This document shows positions 37,776-48,100 of a DNA stretch of 64,000 nucleotides, in pieces (position 1 is the first letter of the stretch; each line of letters opens with the position of its first letter). Under the pieces are notes generated by a model, which ran no database searches, was not told where the DNA came from, and saw only the letters and a program-made list of their open reading frames with translations. Origin of the DNA: an uncultured candidate division Zixibacteria bacterium (lineage in GTDB: Bacteria > Zixibacteria > MSB-5A5 > GN15 > FEB-12); the NCBI GenBank assembly GCA_963664195.1, contig OY760907.1:1696001-1760000 (forward strand). The letters are read 5' to 3'. Position numbers and translations under genes: made by a program.

Positions 37776-39069
37776 ATTCGATCCAAAACTCCGCCCCGCA
37801 CTCTTTGGATACAAGATTGAAGCCGAAACCGTGGTTGACCAGAATCTCACGAATCAACGTCAGACCGATCCCCTGTCCGTTTTTTTTTGTGCTGTAAAAA
37901 GGCGCGAATAACAACGATCTCTCAGCGGTTGAGATGCCGCTCCCTGAGTCGATGAGGCTAAGCCGAGGGGTGGGGCTGGTCGTAGTTCGAATCACAATTG
38001 TCCCGTCCGTCTCAATTGATTCACAGGCGTTTTTCACCACATTGACAATCACCTGCTCCATCTGGTTGACATCGGCCGCCACAGTGATCGGGCTGTCGCT
38101 CAAATCCCACTGCCAAACGATGTTTCGCCTTTCGCATTCGGCGCTCATCAGCACGTGAACCGAGCGAAGCAATTCGTGCAGATCACAGATCGAGACCGCC
38201 GGTGGGGGGATACGGACGACCTCCGCAAAGTTTGCCATGAATTCGTTCAGCCCGTTGTTGCGATCAATCGCCACCCGGAGTGCCTCTTCAAAATCCTGAC
38301 GGTCTTCCGGTGTCAACTGGTTGCCGTAATTCAGGGAGGAATGCATGATTGAGTTGATGGCACCGACCGAGTTGTTGATCTCGTGAGACATCATCCGAAT
38401 CACTTTGTCGTACGCGTGCTTCTGCGTATCGAGAATCTCGCGGGTCAACTCCTCGATCAAGATGAAGTGCCGGTGAAAGCCGCGATCAACAAACCGCGAC
38501 TTGTGACAGCGATATGTGCGCATTCCGTTAATGCGCACAATGCGGGACCCACCGGCATTCAATCCGGCCAATTCCGATCCCGGCGGCTCGGTGAAGTCAC
38601 TTACGAGCAGGCCGGTCATGTCCGGAGACTTATTGCCCAGCATCCGTTGCGCTGCGGCGTTCATCATCTCAATCCTTTCATCGAGATCCAGCAGGACAAT
38701 GCCCGAGGGTGAGGCCGCTATCAAACGCTCCAGAAAACAATGCTGCTCCTGCTGACGGACACGTTCGGAACGAAGCTCGTCAATCATCCGGTTGTACGTG
38801 ACTATCAGCCGGTCCAGTTCCTCCTGTCCCGTTTCCACGAATCGTGAATTGAAATCCTTGTCGTTGATTGATTCGATTCCAGCCGCGATGAGTCTCAGCG
38901 GCCTGAGAAACGACCTGTACAAATACACCGTGACGGCAACGCTGATAAGTATGAAAACCTCCGCCCCGATGAAATAGAACCTGTTGATGTTCAGCAGCAG
39001 CAACGATGCCGCAACCAGCAACAGGTGAATCAGAACCGCGAAGGCGATGAAACGGGAGCGAAGACTCAC
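37756..39069 (-). CDS. NtrY-like sensor histidine kinase (HAMP-PAS-HisKA)
   Basis: SHEINNS, NVVKNACE, DSGSG and PFYSTK..GQGIGL. Confidence 0.9.
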   Translation of the reverse strand: MSLRSRFIAFAVLIHLLLVAASLLLLNINRFYFIGAEVFILISVAVTVYLYRSFLRPLRLIAAGIESINDKDFNSRFVETGQEELDRLIVTYNRMIDELRSERVRQQEQHCFLERLIAASPSGIVLLDLDERIEMMNAAAQRMLGNKSPDMTGLLVSDFTEPPGSELAGLNAGGSRIVRINGMRTYRCHKSRFVDRGFHRHFILIEELTREILDTQKHAYDKVIRMMSHEINNSVGAINSIMHSSLNYGNQLTPEDRQDFEEALRVAIDRNNGLNEFMANFAEVVRIPPPAVSICDLHELLRSVHVLMSAECERRNIVWQWDLSDSPITVAADVNQMEQVIVNVVKNACESIETDGTIVIRTTTSPTPRLSLIDSGSGISTAERSLLFAPFYSTKKNGQGIGLTLIREILVNHGFGFNLVSKECGAEFWIEFSKSAS

Positions 39070-40436
39070 GGGGAGATTCCGTATTTTTCCAGCCTGCGAT
39101 ACAACGACCCGCGACTCAACCCGAGTGACCGTGCCACCCGGCTCATGTTGTTGCCGTGGAATGCGAGGGCCTTGCGAATCATCGTTTCTTCCATCTCGTC
39201 GATCGTCACCGTGCCAACAGCCGGCAACTCCATGCTGCCCGAGTGTTTTGTCGCCGGTTGCAGTTGCCTCTGGAAATCTTCGATCTCAAGCACGTCGTGT
39301 CCTGTCACGAGCACAGTCCGCTCGACCAGGTTTTTCAACTCCCGCACGTTCCCCGGCCACGAATGGTACTTGAGCCAGTCGAGAGCCGGGTCGCTGACCG
39401 TTAGGTCGCTGCGACGATAAATCACTCTCAGATTCTCGACAAACTGGTTCGCCAGCAGGGGAATATCATCCGGCCGCTGTCGGAGTGGAGGCAGACTCAG
39501 TGTTACGAGATTGATCCGGTAGTAAAGATCCTCGCGGAAGGTCTTGTTCGTCACCATGTCGCTCAGGTCGCGATTGGTCGCACACACCAGACGGAAATCA
39601 ACCTGCCTGGTCAGGCTTGTGCCGAGCACCTCAAAACTCCGGTCCTGAAGCACGCGAAGCAGCTTCACCTGCGCGCTTGGATCGACATCGCCGATTTCAT
39701 CAAGAAAAATCGTCCCGCTGTCTGACAGCTCAAACCGGCCAATCCGGTCATGCTTTGCATCGGTGAAGGCCCCCTTCCTGTGACCGAACATCTCGCTTTC
39801 AAACAGCGTGGGGGGGATGCCCCCGAGGTTCACCTTTACAAACGGGCCGTTGCGCCGTGCGCTGTTGGCGTGGATCGCCTCTGCGATCAGTTCTTTGCCG
39901 GTGCCGCTTTCTCCCACGATCAACACCGAAGCATCGGTGGCACCTACTCTGCCCGCTGTTCGAAGTACCGAGAGGAGACTCTCGTCGGCGCCAATGATGT
40001 TCTCAAAATCGTACTGTTTATTGAGTTCCTCACGGTTGTATGATGCTACGTCAGTCTGGGCAGTCCTGTTTGACAGCGCTAGTGCCGTTGTTACCGATTG
40101 CAGAAAATGATCGTTGTTCCACGGCTTGCTGATAAAATCCGCAGCGCCGAGTTTCATCCCCTCGACCGCCAGTTGTATCGAGCCCCAGGCTGTGATGAGA
40201 ATCACCGGCGCGTCCGGACATTGCCGCTTGATCTCCTTGAGCAGATGCAGGCCTTCCTCGCCGGTTGTGGCCAGCGTGAAATTCATATCCATCACGAACA
40301 GATCAGGAGGCTGCTCATTCGTGAGCTTCAGCGCCTCTTCGGGTCCATCGGCCGTCATCGTCCGATAGCCCGCCTGTTTCAACAGCAGACCGAGGGAAGA
40401 GCGAACCGCCTTGTCATCATCAATAATCAGTATCAT
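39066..40436 (-). CDS. Sigma54-dependent (NtrC-family) response regulator
   Basis: Receiver domain, GESGTGKE, ESEMFGH.KGAFTDA, FLDEIG, FREDLYYR, WPGNVREL and a Fis-type HTH. Confidence 0.93.
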   Translation of the reverse strand: MILIIDDDKAVRSSLGLLLKQAGYRTMTADGPEEALKLTNEQPPDLFVMDMNFTLATTGEEGLHLLKEIKRQCPDAPVILITAWGSIQLAVEGMKLGAADFISKPWNNDHFLQSVTTALALSNRTAQTDVASYNREELNKQYDFENIIGADESLLSVLRTAGRVGATDASVLIVGESGTGKELIAEAIHANSARRNGPFVKVNLGGIPPTLFESEMFGHRKGAFTDAKHDRIGRFELSDSGTIFLDEIGDVDPSAQVKLLRVLQDRSFEVLGTSLTRQVDFRLVCATNRDLSDMVTNKTFREDLYYRINLVTLSLPPLRQRPDDIPLLANQFVENLRVIYRRSDLTVSDPALDWLKYHSWPGNVRELKNLVERTVLVTGHDVLEIEDFQRQLQPATKHSGSMELPAVGTVTIDEMEETMIRKALAFHGNNMSRVARSLGLSRGSLYRRLEKYGISP

Positions 40437-40485
40437 ATCCAAACCTGTCCTGCTGCAATATCAGGCATTGATCCGGCGAATCCAA

Positions 40486-41688
40486 CTACTCATTGTGCAG
40501 CGCCACTGCCGGATGAATCCGCGCCGCCAGTCGACTGGGATAAAGCGCACAAACAGCTACGATGAGATAGATCACCAAGACTGAGCAGAGGATCGCGATC
40601 GCATAAACAGAAGTCTCCACCGCGCCAAAAAGCCCAAGCAGCGGGGCTTGAATAGCGAAGAAGATTCCGAGCGCCAATCCGAAAGTAGTTGCCACCAGTG
40701 CTTCACCCAGAATCTGGAGTGAAACCTGCGGTGAATTCGCCCCGATCGCCCGACGAAGACCGATCTCGCCGCGACGCCTGTTTATCGAGTACCACAACAC
40801 ACCGAACAATCCCAGGGCCACGTTGATTATCAAGAACCCTGCCACCACGCCGAAAATGATAATCGGAAGTCTCTTTGTGCTGAAGTAAAACTCGCGCAGA
40901 TCTTCCATCCGCTCAACCCCCATTGTCCATCCGGGAGCAACCTTGTGAAGTCTGTCAATCAACCTCTCCTCAAAATCAATACCGGTCCCCGGTCGTACCG
41001 AAAACAGGAATTGCCTTGGTGCGCGGCCACCGAACTTGTTCAGGTTCTCACGAAAGAACATCGCCGGACCCGGTTCCTCGATTTCGCCGTAGAAACGATA
41101 GGTGTCGATTACCCCCACAACGTTCCATTCTCCAAGCATAGTCTCGCCGACAGCAGGGCCGTCGCCAAACATCGCCTCGCGCATCGGTCTGTTTATTACG
41201 AGCGGTGCCAGAGTCGACGCGTCGTCCTCAGGACCAAACCAGCGCCCCTCTGACACGGTCAGTCCCAGAACTCTGTCATAGTCGTCTCCGCAATCATACG
41301 GAAACATCGTCGGTGTCCTGCCGACTTCGGTGGATAGATTCCCCATGATGTTCGTCAGCGAATAGGGAAAACCCTCGGAAGTAGGTGTAACGCATTCCAC
41401 TTCGTCAAACGAGAGCATCTCGCGCTCAAGTACCATTAGCGTTTCTCGCAGCAAGCTGTCGCTAGGAGTATCAGCGTCGATATGGCCGCCCATGACGTTA
41501 TTCCAGTCCATCCGAAGTACATATACGTTCTTGTACGAGAACCCGAGTGGTTTGGTGTAATTATTCGTTGCGTAGAGGATCATGCTGCCGATAGCAAACA
41601 GGACGATAAACGAGAGCGTGATCTCGAGCATCATTAGAAAACTGCTGCGCTTCCGATTCCAGATCAGTTTGAACATGTGTTTGATCAT
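40486..41688 (-). CDS. MacB/FtsX-family ABC permease
   Basis: RRGEIGLRRAIGA and P.RLAA.I.P..AL. Confidence 0.9.
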   Translation of the reverse strand: MIKHMFKLIWNRKRSSFLMMLEITLSFIVLFAIGSMILYATNNYTKPLGFSYKNVYVLRMDWNNVMGGHIDADTPSDSLLRETLMVLEREMLSFDEVECVTPTSEGFPYSLTNIMGNLSTEVGRTPTMFPYDCGDDYDRVLGLTVSEGRWFGPEDDASTLAPLVINRPMREAMFGDGPAVGETMLGEWNVVGVIDTYRFYGEIEEPGPAMFFRENLNKFGGRAPRQFLFSVRPGTGIDFEERLIDRLHKVAPGWTMGVERMEDLREFYFSTKRLPIIIFGVVAGFLIINVALGLFGVLWYSINRRRGEIGLRRAIGANSPQVSLQILGEALVATTFGLALGIFFAIQAPLLGLFGAVETSVYAIAILCSVLVIYLIVAVCALYPSRLAARIHPAVALHNE

Positions 41689-42926
41689 AGCTCGGCTCCT
41701 CTCAACGCGTCGACCGGGTGAAGCCGGGACATCTTGAACGCCGGATAGACTCCCGAGACAAGTCCGAAAAACAAGCAGATTCCCAGACTGGCGAAGAATA
41801 CGCGGAGGTTCAGTCCAAAATCGCCGTACGGCATGACTCCGCTGCTGGTGATGATCTGCAGCGCTGCCGTGGCGAGTATCAGCCCGATAGCCCCTCCTAT
41901 GAGAGTCAGAATCACGTTTTCCACCACGAACTGCCCGACAAGCGTCAGCGAGGACGCCCCGAAAGCCTTCCGTACGCCGATCTCAGAAGCGCGCTCAACA
42001 ATCCGACTGAGATTGACATTTACCAGATTGACCGTCGGTAGTAACATGAACAAAATGCCCGCAATTGACGCCACTGTGAGAATCACTGCTCCGCCAATCT
42101 CAACGTTGTCATAGCCGATAAACTCCCCCGCTATGAAGTCTGCCTGCGTACCCAGGTGGCACTTGATTTCAGTGAACTCGTCCGGACGCGGACTTTCAAA
42201 CTCCGCGATTGCTTTCGAGAATTCTCTTCGTATAGTCGGGAAGTCTGATTCGTCGTAAGCCATTACAAAGGCGTTGTACCGGCCCGTGAATTCCTGGCGG
42301 CTGAAGTCCTGACGAGAAGTTGATATCGGCACGAAGATATCCGAGTAGGCCAGGAACGTCGGAATGTCTTGCCCCGCAATCACACCCACCACTCGATACT
42401 TGCTCCCGAACGCATCCACCTGCTTTCCCATTGCCGACTCGTTGCCGAACAACTGACGCTGCGCTGTCTCGCTGATCACCGCCACATACTCGACGTTATC
42501 CACTGCCTGCTGATCGAAAGCGCCCCCCTCCAGAAAATCAAACTGGCAGATCTCCCAGAAAGCAGCGTCAGTGTACTTCTGCTGAAGGCTGAGCTTGCCG
42601 CCGGCAAACGGATGCGACAGCGAACTCGGCATAGAATGGATTGAAACCAGCTCCGGTGTCTTCAGCGGCCGAAGATACTTGCTCAGGAAGTAGTAGCTGG
42701 GAAAGTTGGACGAGCCAAATCCGCCGCCGGTCAATTCGACTCTCATCACATACAGAGTGCGATCAAGATTCGAACCCGGTTTCGCCGGCTCAAACAGGTG
42801 ATCGACTAACGCCACCGCCACCATCAGAATCATTAGCGTGAAGCTGATCCCGAACAGCGATATGAACGTGAAGAACTTCCTCCTGAGAAGAACCTTCCAC
42901 GCAATCTTGATATAGTTTCTCAGCAT
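41685..42926 (-). CDS. MacB/FtsX-family ABC permease
   Basis: MLRNYIKIAW, ERASEIGVRKAFGA and GVYPA...SRL.PVDALR. Confidence 0.9.
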   Translation of the reverse strand: MLRNYIKIAWKVLLRRKFFTFISLFGISFTLMILMVAVALVDHLFEPAKPGSNLDRTLYVMRVELTGGGFGSSNFPSYYFLSKYLRPLKTPELVSIHSMPSSLSHPFAGGKLSLQQKYTDAAFWEICQFDFLEGGAFDQQAVDNVEYVAVISETAQRQLFGNESAMGKQVDAFGSKYRVVGVIAGQDIPTFLAYSDIFVPISTSRQDFSRQEFTGRYNAFVMAYDESDFPTIRREFSKAIAEFESPRPDEFTEIKCHLGTQADFIAGEFIGYDNVEIGGAVILTVASIAGILFMLLPTVNLVNVNLSRIVERASEIGVRKAFGASSLTLVGQFVVENVILTLIGGAIGLILATAALQIITSSGVMPYGDFGLNLRVFFASLGICLFFGLVSGVYPAFKMSRLHPVDALRGAEL

Positions 42927-42936
42927 CGAATACTCC

Positions 42937-43602
42937 TCAATTGACCTGTGCGCCGTCAAAGAATCGAATAATACGCTGAGTCCGGTCGGCCATTTCCTGG
43001 TTGTGCGTCACCATGACAACAGTTGTGCTGTCCTGCTCGTTAAGTCTGGTGAGAATATCCAGAATCTCATTGCTCATGCCTGAATCCAGATTCCCCGTCG
43101 GCTCATCCGCAAGAATCAATTCCGGCTCGCCAACAATCGCACGGGCGATCGCCACCCGCTGGCACTGACCGCCGGACAACTGGTTCGGGTAGTGCTTGGT
43201 ACGGGCGCCCAGCCCCACCTTCTCCAGCGCCGACAAAGCCATGTCTCGTCTCTTGCTGGCAGACATCGAGCGATACAGCAGAGGTAGTTCGACATTATCC
43301 GCGACCGTTAAGTCGTTGATCAGATGAAAACTCTGGAATACAAAACCGATCGTCTTGTTACGCAACCTGGCCAGCTTGCGATCCCCGAGATTGCTCACCG
43401 GGCTGCCGGCTATCTGTATGTCGCCACTGGTCGGGGCATCGAGCAGCCCCATAATATTCAATAGCGTGCTCTTGCCCGATCCCGAAGGCCCCATGATCGA
43501 CAAAAACTCACCTTTCTCCACATGGATGTTTACATCCTTCAATGCGAGCGTTTCTATCGTGTTGGTTCGGTAGACCTTCTCAATGTCCTGTAGCTTTATC
43601 AT
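42937..43602 (-). CDS. MacB/LolD-type ABC ATPase
   Basis: [23 protein letters not shown] and [10 protein letters not shown]. Confidence 0.93.
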   Translation of the reverse strand: MIKLQDIEKVYRTNTIETLALKDVNIHVEKGEFLSIMGPSGSGKSTLLNIMGLLDAPTSGDIQIAGSPVSNLGDRKLARLRNKTIGFVFQSFHLINDLTVADNVELPLLYRSMSASKRRDMALSALEKVGLGARTKHYPNQLSGGQCQRVAIARAIVGEPELILADEPTGNLDSGMSNEILDILTRLNEQDSTTVVMVTHNQEMADRTQRIIRFFDGAQVN

Positions 43603-43639
43603 GTTTTCGTGTACCTCTATCTGTCATTGCATTGTTCTG

Positions 43640-44890
43640 CTAATCTGTTGAGACCGCCACCTCGTCGAGATGACGGTATTCGCTCATGTCGGATATGATG
43701 ACGGTGTCGCCGGGTGTGATGTCCCCGCGAAGCTCCACGAAATCATGATTGGAGGCTCCGATGTCGACCGTCTTGCAGTAAGCACGCCCATCGCGCAGGA
43801 CGAAAACTCTCTGGTCGTTCTTGCCGTTGAAAAACGGGCCATTTTCTACACGGGTTACTTCGCCTGAGAACGCAGTTATCACGAATACGTCCACACGAAG
43901 ATTCGAACGGAGCAACTTGTTGCTCTTCTCGTCGAGTTCCACAACGAATGTCATGATGCCGTTCTGTACCGCTGGCTGGATATTGCTAATGTGTCCCGGC
44001 AGATCGTCTTCATTCACGCGGACAGTGATCGGTCCTCCGACTCGCAGTTTGTCTGCATGGACGTCCGAGATGGTGGCCTCCACGCGGAAGCTGCCGAGAT
44101 CGGCCACGCGGGCGACGATGTCACCGGGCCGGACAGCGGCGCCGATATCCTCGTTGATCCAGGTGATGACGCCCCCACGGTCTGCTGTGGCATCGGCCAG
44201 TCCCAGATTGCGCTCGATTTCGCGAATCCTGTTCTGCTGAATCCGGATCTGAATATCTAACTCACGCAGGTCTGCCTCGAGCGATTCCTGTTGGTTGGAC
44301 ATCTGTGTTGCCACTTGCTCCAGCTCGCGCTGAGCAATCTGGTAGTTCAACTCAGCCTGATCGTATTGCTCTTTGGTTGCCCCGCCGATTTCATACAGAT
44401 GAGCCACGCGTTCAAACTGTGAACCGACGAACTGTGTCTGCATCTCCTTGATGTCATACCGGGCCTGAATATCTATCTCCTGACGTTTTAGCTGGTTGGT
44501 AAACTGCTCCTTCTTGTTGTTCTGCAATTCAAGCTCATCTGTCAGTTGTCTAAGATTCGTCTGGATGGCTTCTTTGTCCAAGCGCAGGATAGACTCGCCT
44601 GCCTTGACCGGATCACCGGATTTCAGCAGCACCGCCTTGATCTCCGACTGCACCGGGGATGTGATTACCTGCTCGTATTCCGGCATAACCGTACCGGTGG
44701 CCGTCACCGATGCTTCTATCGGTCCCACCTCGGCCACCGCGACGCGTAGGCGCTGTCTATCCACGCTCGGGCTGATGACCGCTGTCAGAACGTACACCGC
44801 GGCGATCACCAACACCAACGCACCGCCGATTCGGATCAGTCTTTTCGCGCGTTTTTGTTTTATTTTTCCCGCTGGTATCTCTCTGTCCAT
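43640..44890 (-). CDS. Periplasmic adaptor (MFP/HlyD-MacA family)
   Basis: N-terminal TM, lipoyl halves (V.ATGTV.P...GD.V..G) and a long coiled coil. Confidence 0.9.
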   Translation of the reverse strand: MDREIPAGKIKQKRAKRLIRIGGALVLVIAAVYVLTAVISPSVDRQRLRVAVAEVGPIEASVTATGTVMPEYEQVITSPVQSEIKAVLLKSGDPVKAGESILRLDKEAIQTNLRQLTDELELQNNKKEQFTNQLKRQEIDIQARYDIKEMQTQFVGSQFERVAHLYEIGGATKEQYDQAELNYQIAQRELEQVATQMSNQQESLEADLRELDIQIRIQQNRIREIERNLGLADATADRGGVITWINEDIGAAVRPGDIVARVADLGSFRVEATISDVHADKLRVGGPITVRVNEDDLPGHISNIQPAVQNGIMTFVVELDEKSNKLLRSNLRVDVFVITAFSGEVTRVENGPFFNGKNDQRVFVLRDGRAYCKTVDIGASNHDFVELRGDITPGDTVIISDMSEYRHLDEVAVSTD

Positions 44891-44933
44891 TTCAGCACGA
44901 TCCTGACTATCGTCGTTGTCTGAATACGGCTAT

Positions 44934-44950
44934 ATCAACTTGCGTGCCGA
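44934..44950 (-). promoter_or_regulatory. Sigma54-type -24/-12 promoter of the MFP-ABC-TCS operon
   Basis: Minus strand TCGGCACGCAAGTTGAT (GG-N10-GA; consensus GG-N10-GC). Confidence 0.6.
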
Positions 44951-45002
44951 AACGGAAGCTGCTGCGGGTAGATGACTTAGCTGTTGAATCTGACGCGATC
45001 AG

Positions 45003-45037
45003 AGTCCACTCACGGACAGTGTGTCCGGAATTGGACA
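45003..45037. promoter_or_regulatory. Tandem palindromic enhancer-like sites GTCC-N6-GGAC
   Basis: GTCCactcacGGAC (45004-45017) and TGTCCggaattGGACA (45022-45037), upstream of the sigma54 promoter. Confidence 0.6.
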
Positions 45038-45063
45038 GTAGCAGGCGGAGAGAGAATGGCACA

Positions 45064-45094
45064 CAAGAAACCCGGTCGACCAAAGCCGACCGGG
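45064..45094 (-). terminator. Probable intrinsic terminator of the large surface-protein gene
   Basis: CCCGGTCG..CGACCGGG hairpin followed by TTTCTT on the minus strand. Confidence 0.55.
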
Positions 45095-45173
45095 CATCTA
45101 TTACGATCTGTGCTGTCCTGAAAGTATGTCGAAACTAACGCAATTGTGTTGCCCTGTAGTCTCGATAAACGGC

Positions 45174-48100
45174 CTATTTCAGGAGTACCATCTTCTTAGT
45201 CACCACAAACTCACCGGCTTGCATGCGATAGAAGTAGATACCCGAAGCTACCTGCCTGCCGTTGGAGTCCGTACCCTCCCAGAAGACAGAATGCCTGCCA
45301 GCCGGGCGCTCATCATCCACCAGTCGGTCAATCTCCTGACCGAGAACGTTGTACACTGCTACCACGATATGGGAACTCCGCGGTACGGAATACTCAATCA
45401 GGGTCGCAGGGTTGAACGGATTCGGATAGTTCTGGTGAAGGGCGAAACTCTGCGGAAGCAGGTCATCATCTTCACCAACGCTCATGGCAGGAGTCACCGT
45501 GACAAAGACACTGTCGCGCCCAATCGCCGTATCAGGATCGGTGACAACCAACCTGAGAACTGCCAGACCGGACCAGCCCGCTTCGGCCGAGATGGTAACG
45601 ATGCCGGTCGACGATTCGTAGCTTTGCAGCAGCGAATCGTTGCTGGTGCTGAAGGCATAATACAGCAGTGTGTCATTATAGCTGTCAGTGACAAGACTCC
45701 AAACATCGAGCGTGATTGAAGTATCGGCATCAAACGTCAGACTGTCCGGCAGATTGACTTCCGGCGGCGTCTTCGGGGCACGCGTGACGACAACGGTCAC
45801 GGTGTCATAACCGAACAGGCCTTCCGGATCCTGCGCCGACGCGTACATGTAGGCGGTGCCGTGATAACCGACCTCGGCCGTGAAAGTCAGGACGCCGGTC
45901 GACGGCTCGAATTCCACGAGCAACGAGTCATTGCTCTCGCTGCCATCCAAAATCAGCAGGGAGTCAGGACTCTCAGCGTCGGCGATGTAATCCCAGACGA
46001 CCAGGGTCACGGCGGAATCAGCACGGAACGTGATTGTATCCGGCAGAGAGAAAACAGGTGCCGTATTCGGCAGCGGCTGGACTATTACCAGTATGGAGTC
46101 TATGCCCTGGAGGCTGCCCGGATCGGTCGCAGTCACGTGGAGGTATGACTCTCCGGACCAGACACTGTCGCTGAATATCGTTAGCTCCCCGGTGACCGAG
46201 AAATAGGAGCAACCCAATTCCAAACTGTCTCGAGAGAAGCTATAGGTCAACGCGTTATCTGCCGACTCGTCGTCGACGACATAATCCCAGAGCGTCATCA
46301 CGTGCGTGGAGTCAGTGCGGAAAATCACCGTATCCGGCAGCGTTACTACCGGCGCCGTGTTTGGCAGAGCAGTGACGACCACCTGGACCGTATCGTATCC
46401 CATCAATCCTTCCGGATCTTCAACTGACACGTACACCGAAGCGTTTCCGTTCCAATCATCTGTGGCCTCAAGTCTCAGTTCGCCGGTTGAGTCGACGTAA
46501 GTGGCCAGCAGACTGTCCTGGTTGTCGGTGATGTCGTATATCAGCAGCGTGTCGTGAGTCTGTGTATCGGTTGTACCTCCCCACAGATCAACATACCGTA
46601 CGCCACCATAATTGAACGTGACGGTATCGACAAGATCAACTACCGGTGCTGTATTCGGCATCGGAGTTACGACGGCGATTATCGTATCGACGTCCGAAGC
46701 GGCCTGCGGGTCGGTGACGGTTACTATCACCATCGCCGTACCAGAAAATCCATCGGTCGCCGAGAGCGTGAAGACGCCCGTGGCCGGCGTGAAGTCGGTC
46801 ACTACCGAGTCGTTACTCGAGGTTGCGTCATACGTCAACAGCGAGTCGTGTGTCTCCGCGTCAGCGACGTAATCCCAGGCAGTGATGCTCCACGTAGAGT
46901 CGGTACGGAAAGTCGCCGTATCGGCCAATCCGGAAATCACCGGCGGTGTATTCGGAATCGGCGTCACTACTGCAATCACCGTGTCAACGTCGGAGGCGGC
47001 CTCAGGATCGGTCACGGTCACGATGAGCATGGCGGTGCCGGAGAACTCATCGGTTGCGTAGATTGTCCAGACCCCGGTCGAGTCCTCGTACTCAGTGACT
47101 ACCGAGTCGTTACTCGAGGTCGCGTCATACGTCAACAGCGTGTCGTGAGTCTCAGCGTCAGCCACGAAGTCCCACACCGTGATGCTCACCGTAGAGTCGG
47201 TGCGGAAAGTGACCGTATCGGCCAATCCGGAAATCACCGGCGGAGTATTCGGAATCGCCGTAACGACAGCGATAATCGTGTCAACGTCCGAAGCCGCTTC
47301 AGGATCGGTGACAGTCACAATGACCATGGCCGTGCCAGTGAAATCATCCGTCGCCGATATCGTGAACACGCCCGTTGCCGGCGTGAAGCCGGTCACTACC
47401 GAGTCGTTACTCGAGGTCGCGTCATACGTCAACAGCGTGTCGTGAGTCTCAGCGTCAGCCACGAAATCCCACACCGTGATGCTCACCAAAGAATCGGTGC
47501 GGAAAGTGACCGTATCGGCCAATCCGGAGATCACCGGCGGAGTATTCGGAATCGCCGTAACGACAGCGATAATCGTGTCGACGTCCGAGGCCGCTTCAGG
47601 ATCGGTGACAGTCACAATGACCATGGCCGTGCCCGTAAAGTCATCTGTTGCAGATATCGTGAACACGCCCGTTGCCGGCGTGAAGCCGGTCACCACCGAG
47701 TCGTTACTCGAGGTTGCGTCATACGTCAACAGCGTGTCGTGCGTCTCGGCGTCAGCCACGAAGTCCCACACCGTGATGCTCACCGTAGAGTCGGTGCGGA
47801 AAGTGACCGTATCGGCCAATCCGGAAATCACCGGTGGCGTGTTCGGCACTGCCGTTACAACAACTGTTACCGTGTCAACTCCTTCGCCGCCGTCAGGATC
47901 GGTGACGCTCGCGTACAGCATAGCCGTGCCGACGAAGTCATTGGTGGTCGACAGCGCCAACGTGCCGGTGGCATCATAGAAGGTGGTTACCAGCGAATCA
48001 TTGCTGGTGGTAAAGGCATACGTCAGGAGCGTGTCGTGGCTTTCAGCGTCCGCGACTACTGCCCACATGCCGTAGCCGAATGTTACGTCGGTACGGAAGG

